Sequence record: NC_054927.1
Reading direction: 5' to 3' (one strand)
DNA: 64,000 nt
Source: Escherichia phage vB_EcoM_Ozark
This document shows, one piece after another, positions 19,375 through 28,369 of this stretch (within the stretch, counting starts at the first letter, position 1; the number at the start of each line of letters is the position of its first letter). Position numbers and translations under genes: made by a program. Below the pieces are notes generated by a model. It searched no databases. It worked only from the letters and a program-made list of their open reading frames with translations, and had not been told where the DNA came from.

Positions 19375-19902
19375 TTATGCGAGTACCGTCTTTAACCGTT
19401 CTTCAAACTTCCGAAGAGTATTTTGGCGTTCAGCTCTTTGCTTTTTGTAAGTTTCAATACGCTCTGAAATGAGAGTGTATCGTTCATTTACTGATTCTTT
19501 CATAAAATCAGGAATTTCACGAGAAGCTTTAATCTCATCAAATTTATCAATAACAGCTTGCTCTTCAGCAATTAAGTTATCATACATCAAAATATCTTTC
19601 TTGATGAACTCAATATCTTCTTGAGTTACACGAGATAATTTAGATGCTTTATCCTTTTTGTACTGTTCGTTAGTATCACGAGACCAGTGTAATGTACGAT
19701 TTTTATTCGTATTCTTGTAAATTTCTACAATACCAATCTCATCGATAATAACGATCCAATTCCAACGAGATTTGTAAATTTGTCCTCCGTCAACCGTGAT
19801 TTCACCTCCGATTGAGATGTCATTAAAGAACTTGCTTTGTGCTTCTGATTTAAATTTACCATCGTTGTAATTTACCAGGTTGAAAATATCTTTAGCGTTC
19901 AT
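19375..19902 (-). CDS. Hypothetical protein with helical C-terminus
   Basis: 175-aa ORF directly downstream of an early-promoter element and GGAGG ribosome-binding site. Confidence 0.45.
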   Translation of the reverse strand: MNAKDIFNLVNYNDGKFKSEAQSKFFNDISIGGEITVDGGQIYKSRWNWIVIIDEIGIVEIYKNTNKNRTLHWSRDTNEQYKKDKASKLSRVTQEDIEFIKKDILMYDNLIAEEQAVIDKFDEIKASREIPDFMKESVNERYTLISERIETYKKQRAERQNTLRKFEERLKTVLA

Positions 19903-19924
19903 TTTGTGTTCCTCCGTAGTTGAT

Positions 19925-19960
19925 AGTTGTATAGTACCACAAAGGAACAGTCTTGTAAAC
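19925..19960 (-). promoter_or_regulatory. Early promoter with conserved leader
   Basis: Minus strand GTTTAC-N15-TGG-TACTAT followed by CTATCAACTAC leader and GGAGG. Confidence 0.5.
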
Positions 19961-19962
19961 CG

Positions 19963-20277
19963 CTAAAAGAAACTTCTTTCACAATTTTTTCCACTGAACC
20001 ACGCGCTCACCGCTTTCTTAGTCTCAGGAGCAGTGTTATCCATAAACCATTCAAAAGCAGCCTTTTTATGATTCTGGAGGGCTTCTCGGGCTTTAATCTG
20101 CTCACGGTCTATTAACACTAACATATGAGCCTTTCTTGTCACCATGGGCTTCTTATGATTTTTTGAATACTCCCAATCATTTGTCCATCGCATCGTTGTT
20201 GCGAACTGAAATACTGCTTCTTTAATTTTAGTTTCGTAAATCTCACGAGCCTTTGAGTATAACATCACTACCTCCAT
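19963..20277 (-). CDS. Hypothetical protein
   Basis: 104-aa ORF. Confidence 0.35.
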   Translation of the reverse strand: MEVVMLYSKAREIYETKIKEAVFQFATTMRWTNDWEYSKNHKKPMVTRKAHMLVLIDREQIKAREALQNHKKAAFEWFMDNTAPETKKAVSAWFSGKNCERSFF

Positions 20278-20366
20278 TTACCAGTTTAATTCTAATCATC
20301 TTTTTGATGGCAGTCCATATAATCTATTTCTGAACTGCCTTTTTGTCATAGAAGGCCTCTTATGAA

Positions 20367-21335
20367 TTATTTCAGAAGAGTAACCTCAGCAATTTCTTCC
20401 CAACCGTTTTTGTCGGTCATAATAAAGTCAGCAAGATAAAGTGCAGTACGCAGTGAAACATTGCGTAAACGATTAACATTGACTTTCATCCATGATAATG
20501 CTTTATAAGTTTCTTCATCAGAAAGACCGCGTTTTTGCATCATGTCAGTTGAAAGAATAACATCTTCAACCCTGACCATAATTTCTTCATTAGTGTGAAC
20601 ACCCAAATCTAAATAAACTGAGCGGGAAACTAATGCTTGTAAATGTGGAGCAAGTTTAGTACCACGATCTAATTCGCGGTCAATATCAACGTTTGTGATA
20701 AAAACAATCGTTCCTTTAAATTCAAACTCACGCTCAATGCCTTTTTCTTCTAAGTAAGAAGATGCAGTGCTCCAGCAGACTTTACGGGTCTCTCCAGTGT
20801 CCAGAGCAGCTTTTAGAAGATTAAGAATGTCCATATCAGAGAAAACATCCACATCATCAATCAAAAGGACAGAATTCTCTTCACGATTATTCCAAAGCTG
20901 TTCATAAAGACCGATACCGGAGATTTTACCGTTAATGCTTTTATATTCAATGTATCCAATATCATTTGCTTTATTTAAAGCTTTATCTAAAGAATACGTT
21001 TTACCAATACCTGCCGCACCAGAGATAATTAATGAACGAATGTTTCCGTTAATAATACCATTCGTCATCATTCCCATAACATTAAATCTTTTATTAATGC
21101 GGGTTTTCATATCTTCATACGATTCTTTAACTTCTTCAACTTTTACACCATCATATGAAATGTCTGATTTGTAAACCCAAACACCGCGACGCTTACCGTC
21201 AATTTCAACAAAAACTTTACCATCTCCTTGTGCATCTACCGGAGCATTATCTGGGAACCATTCACCTAAGAGCTCAAAAGTTCCAGAGATTTCTTTACCG
21301 AAGTAGATACCCTTATTGATAGTTACAGTTTTCAT
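20367..21335 (-). CDS. P-loop ATPase (AAA-like)
   Basis: 322-aa ORF; Walker A GAAGIGKT and Walker B-like LLIDDVD; ~100-aa N-terminal domain precedes the ATPase core. Confidence 0.5.
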   Translation of the reverse strand: MKTVTINKGIYFGKEISGTFELLGEWFPDNAPVDAQGDGKVFVEIDGKRRGVWVYKSDISYDGVKVEEVKESYEDMKTRINKRFNVMGMMTNGIINGNIRSLIISGAAGIGKTYSLDKALNKANDIGYIEYKSINGKISGIGLYEQLWNNREENSVLLIDDVDVFSDMDILNLLKAALDTGETRKVCWSTASSYLEEKGIEREFEFKGTIVFITNVDIDRELDRGTKLAPHLQALVSRSVYLDLGVHTNEEIMVRVEDVILSTDMMQKRGLSDEETYKALSWMKVNVNRLRNVSLRTALYLADFIMTDKNGWEEIAEVTLLK

Positions 21336-21392
21336 TTTATTCTCCTTTGATTTGATAGGACTACTATAACATAGTCCTATCAGTTTGTATAC

Positions 21393-21593
21393 TTATTTTG
21401 ACATTTCTTCGATGTCACGACGATACCCGTCACGAACTTCACGAAGAGCTTCAAGGCCACACATAGGCTCGATACCTGTAATGTGAACTTGATTAATCTG
21501 ATACTCTACATCTTCTAACTGAGCGAAAACATAACGACGTTCAGCTGCACAACCAGATTTAGCTTTACCGAAACGTTTATTCAAAGTAGTCAT
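21393..21593 (-). CDS. Hypothetical small protein
   Basis: 66-aa ORF preceded by an early-promoter-like element. Confidence 0.3.
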   Translation of the reverse strand: MTTLNKRFGKAKSGCAAERRYVFAQLEDVEYQINQVHITGIEPMCGLEALREVRDGYRRDIEEMSK

Positions 21594-21628
21594 TTTGTAT
21601 CTCCAATTTACTCATTTGTTTTGATAGG

Positions 21629-21663
21629 TCTATAGTATCAACAACTACAGACCATGTAAACCG
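21629..21663 (-). promoter_or_regulatory. Early promoter
   Basis: Minus strand GTTTAC-N15-TGA-TACTATA. Confidence 0.45.
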
Positions 21664-21683
21664 TTTTGTGAAAAATTTTTGAA

Positions 21684-21710
21684 ATAAAAAAAGGGAGCCC
21701 GAAGGCTCCC
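21684..21710 (-). terminator. Rho-independent terminator after the nucleotidyltransferase-like gene
   Basis: Hairpin GGGAGCCTTCGGGCTCCC followed by TTTTTTT on the minus strand. Confidence 0.65.
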
Positions 21711-21712
21711 TA

Positions 21713-22726
21713 TCATTTATAATAACTTCGGTGGTTTTCAAGATAGACCTTCTCAAGGAAGTCATCCCAGAAACTCATGTCTACTGTTTTAGGCATACCG
21801 TTCTTAGAAGCTTCAGTAGATGCTGCTTCTACTTGATCGACCACATCTTCCAAAAACTCTTGAACTGTTTTAAATGGATGTTTACCCAACTTCACGTCGA
21901 GAATAAATGGAGCATCTTGAAGTGGATAGACTAAGTCACCAGTTTTGTAAATTTCCAATAGTTGGAGTCCACCACGACAAGCATGACTCAAAGCTTTCCA
22001 GTCAATACCTTCATTGGCTTCAGCCTTACGAGCACGTTCACCGTATTCAGCATCTAATTTGTTCAGTGACTGCTTAAGCTCAATAAGAGAAAGCGTTGTC
22101 TGATATTTACGACCCAACACTGTGTAAAACGTCTGTGGGCCTGTTTTCTCATGATTATGGAACACCCATTCACAGAATTCGTTTTCTGGAAGACGATGCT
22201 TAATATCTTCAACTTTAGTACGACGCTGCTTAATGGAACCGTCTTCTTGGTAATCAACCCATTGCTCAGGGATTTGATTAACTACTTTCAATACATCGCG
22301 TAATGCAGCCAAACGAGAACCCTTGACACCGTATTTAGAAGCTTGCTTGCGGACATATCCTAAATAGGATTTCATGTTAGTCGTATAAAAACGAGAACGG
22401 TTGTCTTGAATAAACTTCCACACATCAGGCAAATCAGATTTAACCACTAGTTCAGGTGGAGTGTGAAGCATATCCAATGCTACAGTTTCACCATCTGCTG
22501 CTAATTTAAAGAAATATTTAAGACTGTATAGTTCATGGTCAATATCATCTTTAGTGTTTTTAGATGATGTATTGTTAGTGTTTTTACTCATGTGCTCTTT
22601 GACATTTCCGATAAGAATATCGCGAGCAGGAGGAACAAAGATTTCTTTAAAATCTACATCAGATTCTGGGGTAGAAGTTCCATAAAGATGACTACCAAAA
22701 TAGCTTTTCATTACTGTTTTCATCAT
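21713..22726 (-). CDS. Predicted nucleotidyltransferase-fold protein (Pol-beta-like GS...DVD motif)
   Basis: 337-aa ORF; N-terminal GSHLYGTSTPESDVDFKEIF resembles the minimal nucleotidyltransferase motif; followed by a largely helical C-terminal region; strong terminator just downstream. Confidence 0.45.
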   Translation of the reverse strand: MMKTVMKSYFGSHLYGTSTPESDVDFKEIFVPPARDILIGNVKEHMSKNTNNTSSKNTKDDIDHELYSLKYFFKLAADGETVALDMLHTPPELVVKSDLPDVWKFIQDNRSRFYTTNMKSYLGYVRKQASKYGVKGSRLAALRDVLKVVNQIPEQWVDYQEDGSIKQRRTKVEDIKHRLPENEFCEWVFHNHEKTGPQTFYTVLGRKYQTTLSLIELKQSLNKLDAEYGERARKAEANEGIDWKALSHACRGGLQLLEIYKTGDLVYPLQDAPFILDVKLGKHPFKTVQEFLEDVVDQVEAASTEASKNGMPKTVDMSFWDDFLEKVYLENHRSYYK

Positions 22727-23184
22727 TCAGCCTTATATTCAATAACAGGACATACTTTAGCTTTACGAGCTTTTAAAAATTCGACGATAATCGATTTCTT
22801 AGGTTGAATAGGAGGTAAACCTTTATACGCCCTATCAATATTTTCTACGTGTAAAGCATAATCCTTTTTCCATTTATAATCTTTATATTTTTCACGCAAA
22901 TGTGCAGGAATAACAAATGAACCGATAATAAGTAAAACAACCAAAAGCGCAAGTATAAATGCTGATGGAAGCAAAGTCCATAAACTACCAAAAATAAGCC
23001 AACGTTGTAGGCTTTCTGCACAAATAATTGTTAGCCCTACGAGTATAGCACATCCAAAAATAGAAACGAAAAATGTAGGAATGGCAATAGACCAAAAATA
23101 TGCGCATAGTGTCTTAGGTCGTTGCCATTCATCGTTAAACAATTTGAATAATTTATAGTGCCAAGAGTTTTCATTAATAATCAT
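22723..23184 (-). CDS. Membrane protein
   Basis: 153-aa ORF with two or three hydrophobic transmembrane segments. Confidence 0.4.
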   Translation of the reverse strand: MIINENSWHYKLFKLFNDEWQRPKTLCAYFWSIAIPTFFVSIFGCAILVGLTIICAESLQRWLIFGSLWTLLPSAFILALLVVLLIIGSFVIPAHLREKYKDYKWKKDYALHVENIDRAYKGLPPIQPKKSIIVEFLKARKAKVCPVIEYKAE

Positions 23185-23186
23185 AA

Positions 23187-23708
23187 TTATCCTTTCATTG
23201 AAGGCGTAACAGTTGTTAAATACTTAATCATAGCTTCAGCTTCTGATTTTGATAATGAAATTTCTCCATTGTTTTGACGAATAGAAATAAAATCCGGATG
23301 ACGGTCACCACCAGCTTTTAAAACACACATATAAGTATCAACTTCATCTTCAATATTTGAAATGATTGAAGCAGTTCCACATGAATGCGGTTTTTGATAA
23401 ATCAATGCAGCTTTTCTTCCGCCATTTGACTGTTCATAAACTTTTAATACATCAAACAAATCACTTCTTTTATCAATAGCTAAAATGTTATTTTCATCTT
23501 CAATGTTAAATCCTTCGGATACTTCATAAAGTGTCACCCATAAATCGCCAATATCAATAACAGCGTTCACTTTTCCATGACTTTCAAGAGCATGACAAAT
23601 TTTCTTGATTTCGTCATAACTCATTTTAATAATATCATCTCCTTGAATAAGAAAGATGTCATTTTTAAATTCAACACGAATTAAACCACTTCCACTTGAA
23701 ATAAACAT
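23187..23708 (-). CDS. Hypothetical protein, paralog of the adjacent gene
   Basis: 173-aa ORF; shares EGFNIE core and C-terminal ...EAEAMIKYLTTVTPSM with the 23715-24260 product (PGFNIE, ...EAIALKTYLDSVIPTM). Confidence 0.4.
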   Translation of the reverse strand: MFISSGSGLIRVEFKNDIFLIQGDDIIKMSYDEIKKICHALESHGKVNAVIDIGDLWVTLYEVSEGFNIEDENNILAIDKRSDLFDVLKVYEQSNGGRKAALIYQKPHSCGTASIISNIEDEVDTYMCVLKAGGDRHPDFISIRQNNGEISLSKSEAEAMIKYLTTVTPSMKG

Positions 23709-23714
23709 ATTTCC

Positions 23715-24260
23715 TCACTTTGAAATCATAGTTGGAATAACAGAATCAAGATAAGTCTTTAGTGCAATAGCTTCGTCTTTGGTAAATGTGACAATATGTG
23801 CTCGAAAATCATCAATTTGACGAATAGTTAAGACATCTCCATCTTCATAACATTTTGATACGTTTAAAACAGTTTCATCATTCTGATTGCAAGCGTTAGT
23901 AATAATAGCATTGCAATTTTTAAACCATTTTAAACTATGTTTTCTTTCATTAGAATAATAAAAATATTTAATCTTATCTATAAAACTATCCCAATGGATA
24001 ACTGATAAGCATATTGACTCGCTTTCAATATTAAATCCTGGGCATGAAGAATAAAAATGAATTTTATGCTCATCATTAATGCTTACAATTTTATCAGTAT
24101 AAGGATTTTCAATTTTGGTTAAATGAATGATTTCACTAGGCGTAAAATACAGCATATCGTCTTCTTGTGTCAAACGATACATATTATTTACTTTTTCTAT
24201 AGCTAATTCACCAAAAAGTGAACTAACTTCTAATACTAATCGTTTCGCCGCTACCGTCAT
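23715..24260 (-). CDS. Hypothetical protein, paralog of the adjacent gene
   Basis: 181-aa ORF; see 23187-23708. Confidence 0.4.
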   Translation of the reverse strand: MTVAAKRLVLEVSSLFGELAIEKVNNMYRLTQEDDMLYFTPSEIIHLTKIENPYTDKIVSINDEHKIHFYSSCPGFNIESESICLSVIHWDSFIDKIKYFYYSNERKHSLKWFKNCNAIITNACNQNDETVLNVSKCYEDGDVLTIRQIDDFRAHIVTFTKDEAIALKTYLDSVIPTMISK

Positions 24261-24587
24261 TACATACTCCTCTGAATCATATCAATAATGTTGTTCACCA
24301 GATTATAAGTAAACATTGGGTAATTATATTGAATCATTACATACACAACAAACAAAACTTTCATTCTCTTCTCCTTGGCAGTTGACAAGATTACTATACC
24401 ATAACCTTGCCAACTTGTAAACCATTAAATGACGTTTTCAATAAAATTCTGAAGCTTTGTGTGAGCATCAACCATGATTTTCATTTCTTCTTTTGCGAAA
24501 GCTGTACCTCTTTCCCGAGCAGAATACTCATAGTCAGAAACTGCATTAGCATATTCTTCAATTAGCTTCATTAAAAACATCTGCTTT

Positions 24588-24782
24588 TCAGTTTTCATTA
24601 TTCCACCTAATCATTTCAAGATATTGAACTAACTTAGCTTTGGATTTATCCAAATCTCTTTTAGCTGCTTCTATACCGTCGTATGAATATCCTTCACAAT
24701 GCTCAACTGCTAATTGATATGAATCTATTTCAATATCACGTGCTAATTTAATGATTTTTTCAAACTGTTCACGTGTTAGCAT
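24588..24782 (-). CDS. Hypothetical small protein
   Basis: 64-aa ORF. Confidence 0.3.
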   Translation of the reverse strand: MLTREQFEKIIKLARDIEIDSYQLAVEHCEGYSYDGIEAAKRDLDKSKAKLVQYLEMIRWNNEN

Positions 24783-24784
24783 AA

Positions 24785-25024
24785 TTAAACTCTCGTATTA
24801 TGATCGATAATTTCATCAAGAAACATATCTAACGCTTCTAAAGCATTATCAACTTTAGCTTCAAGTTCTTCAATACCTTTATTTGCAATGCCTGACGAAA
24901 ACCAAGCAAAGTCACTAAATTCCTCATCTGCTTTGCGAATTAAAGCTACCAATTCCTTAATTTTATCCGCTTGTTCGATACTAATCATTATTCCACCACA
25001 TATGAAAGAGAGAATATTGCACAC
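24785..25024 (-). CDS. Hypothetical small acidic protein
   Basis: 79-aa ORF. Confidence 0.3.
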
Positions 25025-25221
25025 GCCATGTGAGTTGCAACTTCATCACACATATTATAACGTTTCTTAAGAAGTTCTACAAGTTCTTCACTAGTAACTT
25101 CATCCATGTCGACGAAAAAATCACCATTAATGATGACGTAGATATTTCCTTCTTGATTGAGTGCTTCAATTTTCATGATGTTCTCCTCTTTATCTGATAG
25201 TTGTATAGTACCACAGCTCAA
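24988..25221 (-). CDS. Hypothetical small protein
   Basis: 77-aa ORF directly downstream of an early-promoter element. Confidence 0.35.
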
Positions 25222-25236
25222 ACGGAAAGTAAACCG
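25203..25236 (-). promoter_or_regulatory. Early promoter with conserved leader
   Basis: Minus strand GTTTAC...TGG-TACTATAC-AACTATCA, near-identical to the 19925 and 35963 copies. Confidence 0.5.
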
Positions 25237-25244
25237 GTAAAATG

Positions 25245-25266
25245 AAAAAAGTCTCCCGAAGGAGAC
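25245..25266 (-). terminator. Rho-independent terminator after the rI operon
   Basis: Hairpin GTCTCCTTCGGGAGAC followed by TTTTTT on the minus strand. Confidence 0.6.
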
Positions 25267-25271
25267 TAATG

Positions 25272-25658
25272 TTATTCGAGGGAAAGAAGATACTTACTCT
25301 GATAAAACATTCCAGTAATATCATCTATCGTGCTTTGGATGGCTGGAGGCATTTCTTTATAAATGCTGTTAGATTGGTCTAGTATGCGATCAATCATTTT
25401 AATTGTGTCGGTAGGAAGTTTACTGGCATCTGGAATTGAAGGTGTGTATTTTCTACCAGAATACCCCAAATATTGCTCACCAAATTTATCAATCAAATCT
25501 GGCAACTCGGAGAAAATAAAATCGTATGCTTTGTGTCTAGCATAATTTTTAGTTTCAAAATGTGCAGAATGAAAATAAGCTTGTGCAGCCATTAATAAAC
25601 CTAAGTATTCATCTGCCTTTGAAGGTTTTCCACTTTGTGAAAAGTCGCTGAATTTCAT
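25272..25658 (-). CDS. Hypothetical protein (rI.-1 position)
   Basis: 128-aa ORF; 4-nt overlap with rI; terminator hairpin immediately downstream. Confidence 0.45.
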
Positions 25659-25948
25659 TCAGTCTCCAATTTAATGTTCATAATTCTAGCGTATGATTGT
25701 GCCATCTCCGCGCCTCGTTCTATACATTCAAAATCAGAAGAGCACGGGTCATTTTTATAGGTCGTTCGCATAAAACTATAGAACTGTTCAGATGATTCTA
25801 CGCTTTTATTTTCAAAAAGCATATAAACATGTCTAATGCCAGATTCCATAAATTTATCAAAATGAGGATCGACATTTGCTTCAATCGGTGGAGATAAAGC
25901 AAACGCTAATCCTAGCATGGCAAATAGTGCCGTTGCTTTTAAGGCCAT
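25655..25948 (-). CDS. rI: Lysis-inhibition regulator rI (signal-anchored periplasmic protein)
   Basis: 97-aa ORF; MALKATALFAMLGLAFALSPPIEA signal anchor; two Cys (CSSDFEC); size and sequence match T4 rI. Confidence 0.85.
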   Translation of the reverse strand: MALKATALFAMLGLAFALSPPIEANVDPHFDKFMESGIRHVYMLFENKSVESSEQFYSFMRTTYKNDPCSSDFECIERGAEMAQSYARIMNIKLETE

Positions 25949-25960
25949 AAAGGCCTCCTA

Positions 25961-26173
25961 TCATTTTTGTCCTGTATTTACTTTATGCCGATGCACGGCC
26001 TTAACTTTATCAAGGTATTTTTCAAAATTTCGCAATCTAGTATAGTCTGCCGGAGATTGGTTGAGTGATACTTCTCGACGCAAAGCTGAAATGATATTTC
26101 CAACTTCCCTACGAATTTCATCTAATTGAAGAACAGTAAGATTGCGAAGTTGCTTTTCAGTTAATTGTAGCAT
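25961..26173 (-). CDS. Hypothetical protein (rI.1 position)
   Basis: 70-aa ORF. Confidence 0.4.
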
Positions 26174-26215
26174 ATATACCCCTTTAGTTAGATAAACCTA
26201 TTTATAACTTTTGCA

Positions 26216-26797
26216 CTAACCGAGCTTTTTAGTTAATCCATTCCAATGTTTTCTGCACAAAGAAACATAAATTTCATCACCAATACAGATTTGATTACCT
26301 TCTTTAACTGGTGTTCCATCTTCCATTAATCGAGCTGTCATAATAGCTTTTTTACCACAATGACAAACTGCTTTTAGTTCAATAAGTTTATCTGCAATCG
26401 CCAAAAGTTCTTTAGAACCTTCAAATAATTTTCCAGCGAAATCAGTCCTTAGCCCATAAGCCATAACAGGAACATTATATGTATCAACAATTCGGCTTAA
26501 TTGATGCACCTGTTCAGTTTTTAAAAACTGAGCTTCATCTACAAATACACAATGAATATCTTTTTGTGCTTCAGCCCATTTATAGAATTCAAAAATATCC
26601 ATATCATCCGTAATAATATTCGCTTCCTGTTTAATTCCAATGCGAGAAACGACTTCACAGACAGAATCGCGAGTATCAATAGCAGGCTTAAGAACTAATA
26701 CACCCATTCCGCGTTCTTTATAATTATGCGCAGCAGTCAAAAGAGAAGCAGATTTTCCAGCATTCATTGCTGCATAAGTAAAAATTAAACTCGCCAT
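26216..26797 (-). CDS. tk: Thymidine kinase
   Basis: 193-aa ORF; P-loop MNAGKSASLL; C-terminal Cys cluster (CHCGKKA...CRKH) typical of type II thymidine kinases. Confidence 0.9.
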   Translation of the reverse strand: MASLIFTYAAMNAGKSASLLTAAHNYKERGMGVLVLKPAIDTRDSVCEVVSRIGIKQEANIITDDMDIFEFYKWAEAQKDIHCVFVDEAQFLKTEQVHQLSRIVDTYNVPVMAYGLRTDFAGKLFEGSKELLAIADKLIELKAVCHCGKKAIMTARLMEDGTPVKEGNQICIGDEIYVSLCRKHWNGLTKKLG

Positions 26798-26806
26798 ATC
26801 ACCTTC

Positions 26807-26992
26807 TTAAAGCGTATTCACATAAGCTATTAATTCGTTTTCTTTCTTATCAAACCGATCAGCAAATTCTTCCTGTTGTTCGGGAGATAGCGGGCCGTAT
26901 TCATCATAAAAGGTGTTTGCTTCTGTATGCTCATCTAGAAGTTCATGGATAAGCTCAAACAATTTATCTTTTTGTTCTTTACTCAGACTCAT
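26807..26992 (-). CDS. Hypothetical small acidic protein
   Basis: 61-aa ORF; its ATG overlaps the stop of the next ORF (ATGA). Confidence 0.35.
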   Translation of the reverse strand: MSLSKEQKDKLFELIHELLDEHTEANTFYDEYGPLSPEQQEEFADRFDKKENELIAYVNTL

Positions 26993-27162
26993 ATATTAAT
27001 TTCCAGGAGTTTTAAAATAATTCGCTTTTGCTTAAATATTTCCATGGTTAAATGACCAGTATCTTTTTGACCGATTCCAATGGCAAAACCTTTATTGACA
27101 GCGAGTTCAATTAAATTATCAAGCTCACGTAACACTTCATATTGTAACTCAAAACTATTCAT
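26989..27162 (-). CDS. Hypothetical small protein (57 aa, below the ORF-track cutoff)
   Basis: Hand-translated ORF MNSFELQYEVLRELDNLIEL...; ATGA start/stop overlaps on both sides suggest translational coupling. Confidence 0.3.
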   Translation of the reverse strand: MNSFELQYEVLRELDNLIELAVNKGFAIGIGQKDTGHLTMEIFKQKRIILKLLEINI

Positions 27163-27386
27163 TTTGGTTTACCTTCTTTAACGAAATCAGGATAAGGATA
27201 AAATCCTGAATAAAATCCTTCACCTTTATGATTGATGCATCCTTTATTAGAACAATAGCACCAATAATCGAAATCACAAGCCATTTCATCATTACATAAA
27301 GCAAAAACAACCGGCCATTCACACTTTTCGCAGTGGGCATTTTTAAGAATACTTGTTTGGCTCATAACCATGTAACCTTTAAGCAA
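27159..27386 (-). CDS. Hypothetical Cys-rich protein
   Basis: 75-aa ORF with nine Cys (CEKCEWP...CNDEMACDFDYWCYCSNKGC). Confidence 0.35.
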   Translation of the reverse strand: MLKGYMVMSQTSILKNAHCEKCEWPVVFALCNDEMACDFDYWCYCSNKGCINHKGEGFYSGFYPYPDFVKEGKPK

Positions 27387-27574
27387 TATTCTTCTACGTG
27401 CTGTTTACGACCTTTCTTATCAATAAAGGTATATTCAACGAATGTTCCAATATAGTCTTTATCTACATCATGCGGACTATTAATTGGACATTTAGTACGG
27501 CAAATGCGTTCCCATTGACGAATAATTTCCACTTTGTTTTTAGGATCAAACGGATGCGGGTAATGTACTTTCAT
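27362..27574 (-). CDS. Hypothetical protein
   Basis: 70-aa ORF. Confidence 0.35.
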   Translation of the reverse strand: MKVHYPHPFDPKNKVEIIRQWERICRTKCPINSPHDVDKDYIGTFVEYTFIDKKGRKQHVEEYCLKVTWL

Positions 27575-28025
27575 AATCCACCACTATTAAATCAATATCA
27601 GGAGTAAACATGTCGATTAATTTAGAAACCTTATCCCAATCGCCGCCAGCAATACCGCAACCTATGCGTGGAATGTAAATTACTGGTTTAAACAAAAGGG
27701 TTTCTGCCTGTAGATTTAATTCTATCATGCAGTTTACTAAAGCACCATAATCAAGATTAGGACCCGGTTCATATTGCGTATACAGGTTATAGCATATACC
27801 AAATCCTGTAGGATTATGTTTAAAAACAATAGACATATCGCCTAATTTATCACGAGAACCGTACTCGGTAGTGGTTTTATCTATTTCCAAAATTTTAGGA
27901 TAGGCTCTTGCTAATTGACCTGCTACGCCGGAGCCCATTGTATGGAAGCAATTGCACCCGTGTGCAATAATATTACCTTGAAGAAATAGGGCGACAATAT
28001 CGCCCTTGATATATTTTACAATCAT
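27546..28025 (-). CDS. Macro-domain protein (predicted ADP-ribose binding/hydrolysing)
   Basis: 159-aa ORF; N-terminal GNIIAHGCNCFHTMGSGVAGQLA and later IPRIGCGIAGG resemble macro-domain glycine-rich motifs. Confidence 0.55.
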   Translation of the reverse strand: MIVKYIKGDIVALFLQGNIIAHGCNCFHTMGSGVAGQLARAYPKILEIDKTTTEYGSRDKLGDMSIVFKHNPTGFGICYNLYTQYEPGPNLDYGALVNCMIELNLQAETLLFKPVIYIPRIGCGIAGGDWDKVSKLIDMFTPDIDLIVVDYESTLPASV

Positions 28026-28369
28026 CTAGTACTCAATCCTCGATTATAAGAATCTACTAAACGGTCAACCATTGAATGACAAGCGGCTTTATCTTTCTCC
28101 TCCGCAACTGAACATTCTAAGGTATTCCACTTTTTAGCATATCGTTTTAACAATGTATCATTTTTGTATCTGCTTGATTTATCTCTTTCTCCGTCTTTAT
28201 ATGCATATATTAATTTCTGCGCAAATTCAGCTTGGCATGCTTTATTTTTCCCACAATAATCCGCGGCAGTACGGTTTACATACTCTCTAATTTCAGTATA
28301 TGATGTATCTGCTGATGCAGAAGCAGAAAATGAAATTAATCCTATACATAAAACCAAAATTTTAGTCAT
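28022..28369 (-). CDS. Secreted small protein with cleavable signal peptide (vs position)
   Basis: 115-aa ORF; MTKILVLCIGLISFSASASA signal peptide; four Cys in the mature part. Confidence 0.4.
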   Translation of the reverse strand: MTKILVLCIGLISFSASASADTSYTEIREYVNRTAADYCGKNKACQAEFAQKLIYAYKDGERDKSSRYKNDTLLKRYAKKWNTLECSVAEEKDKAACHSMVDRLVDSYNRGLSTR

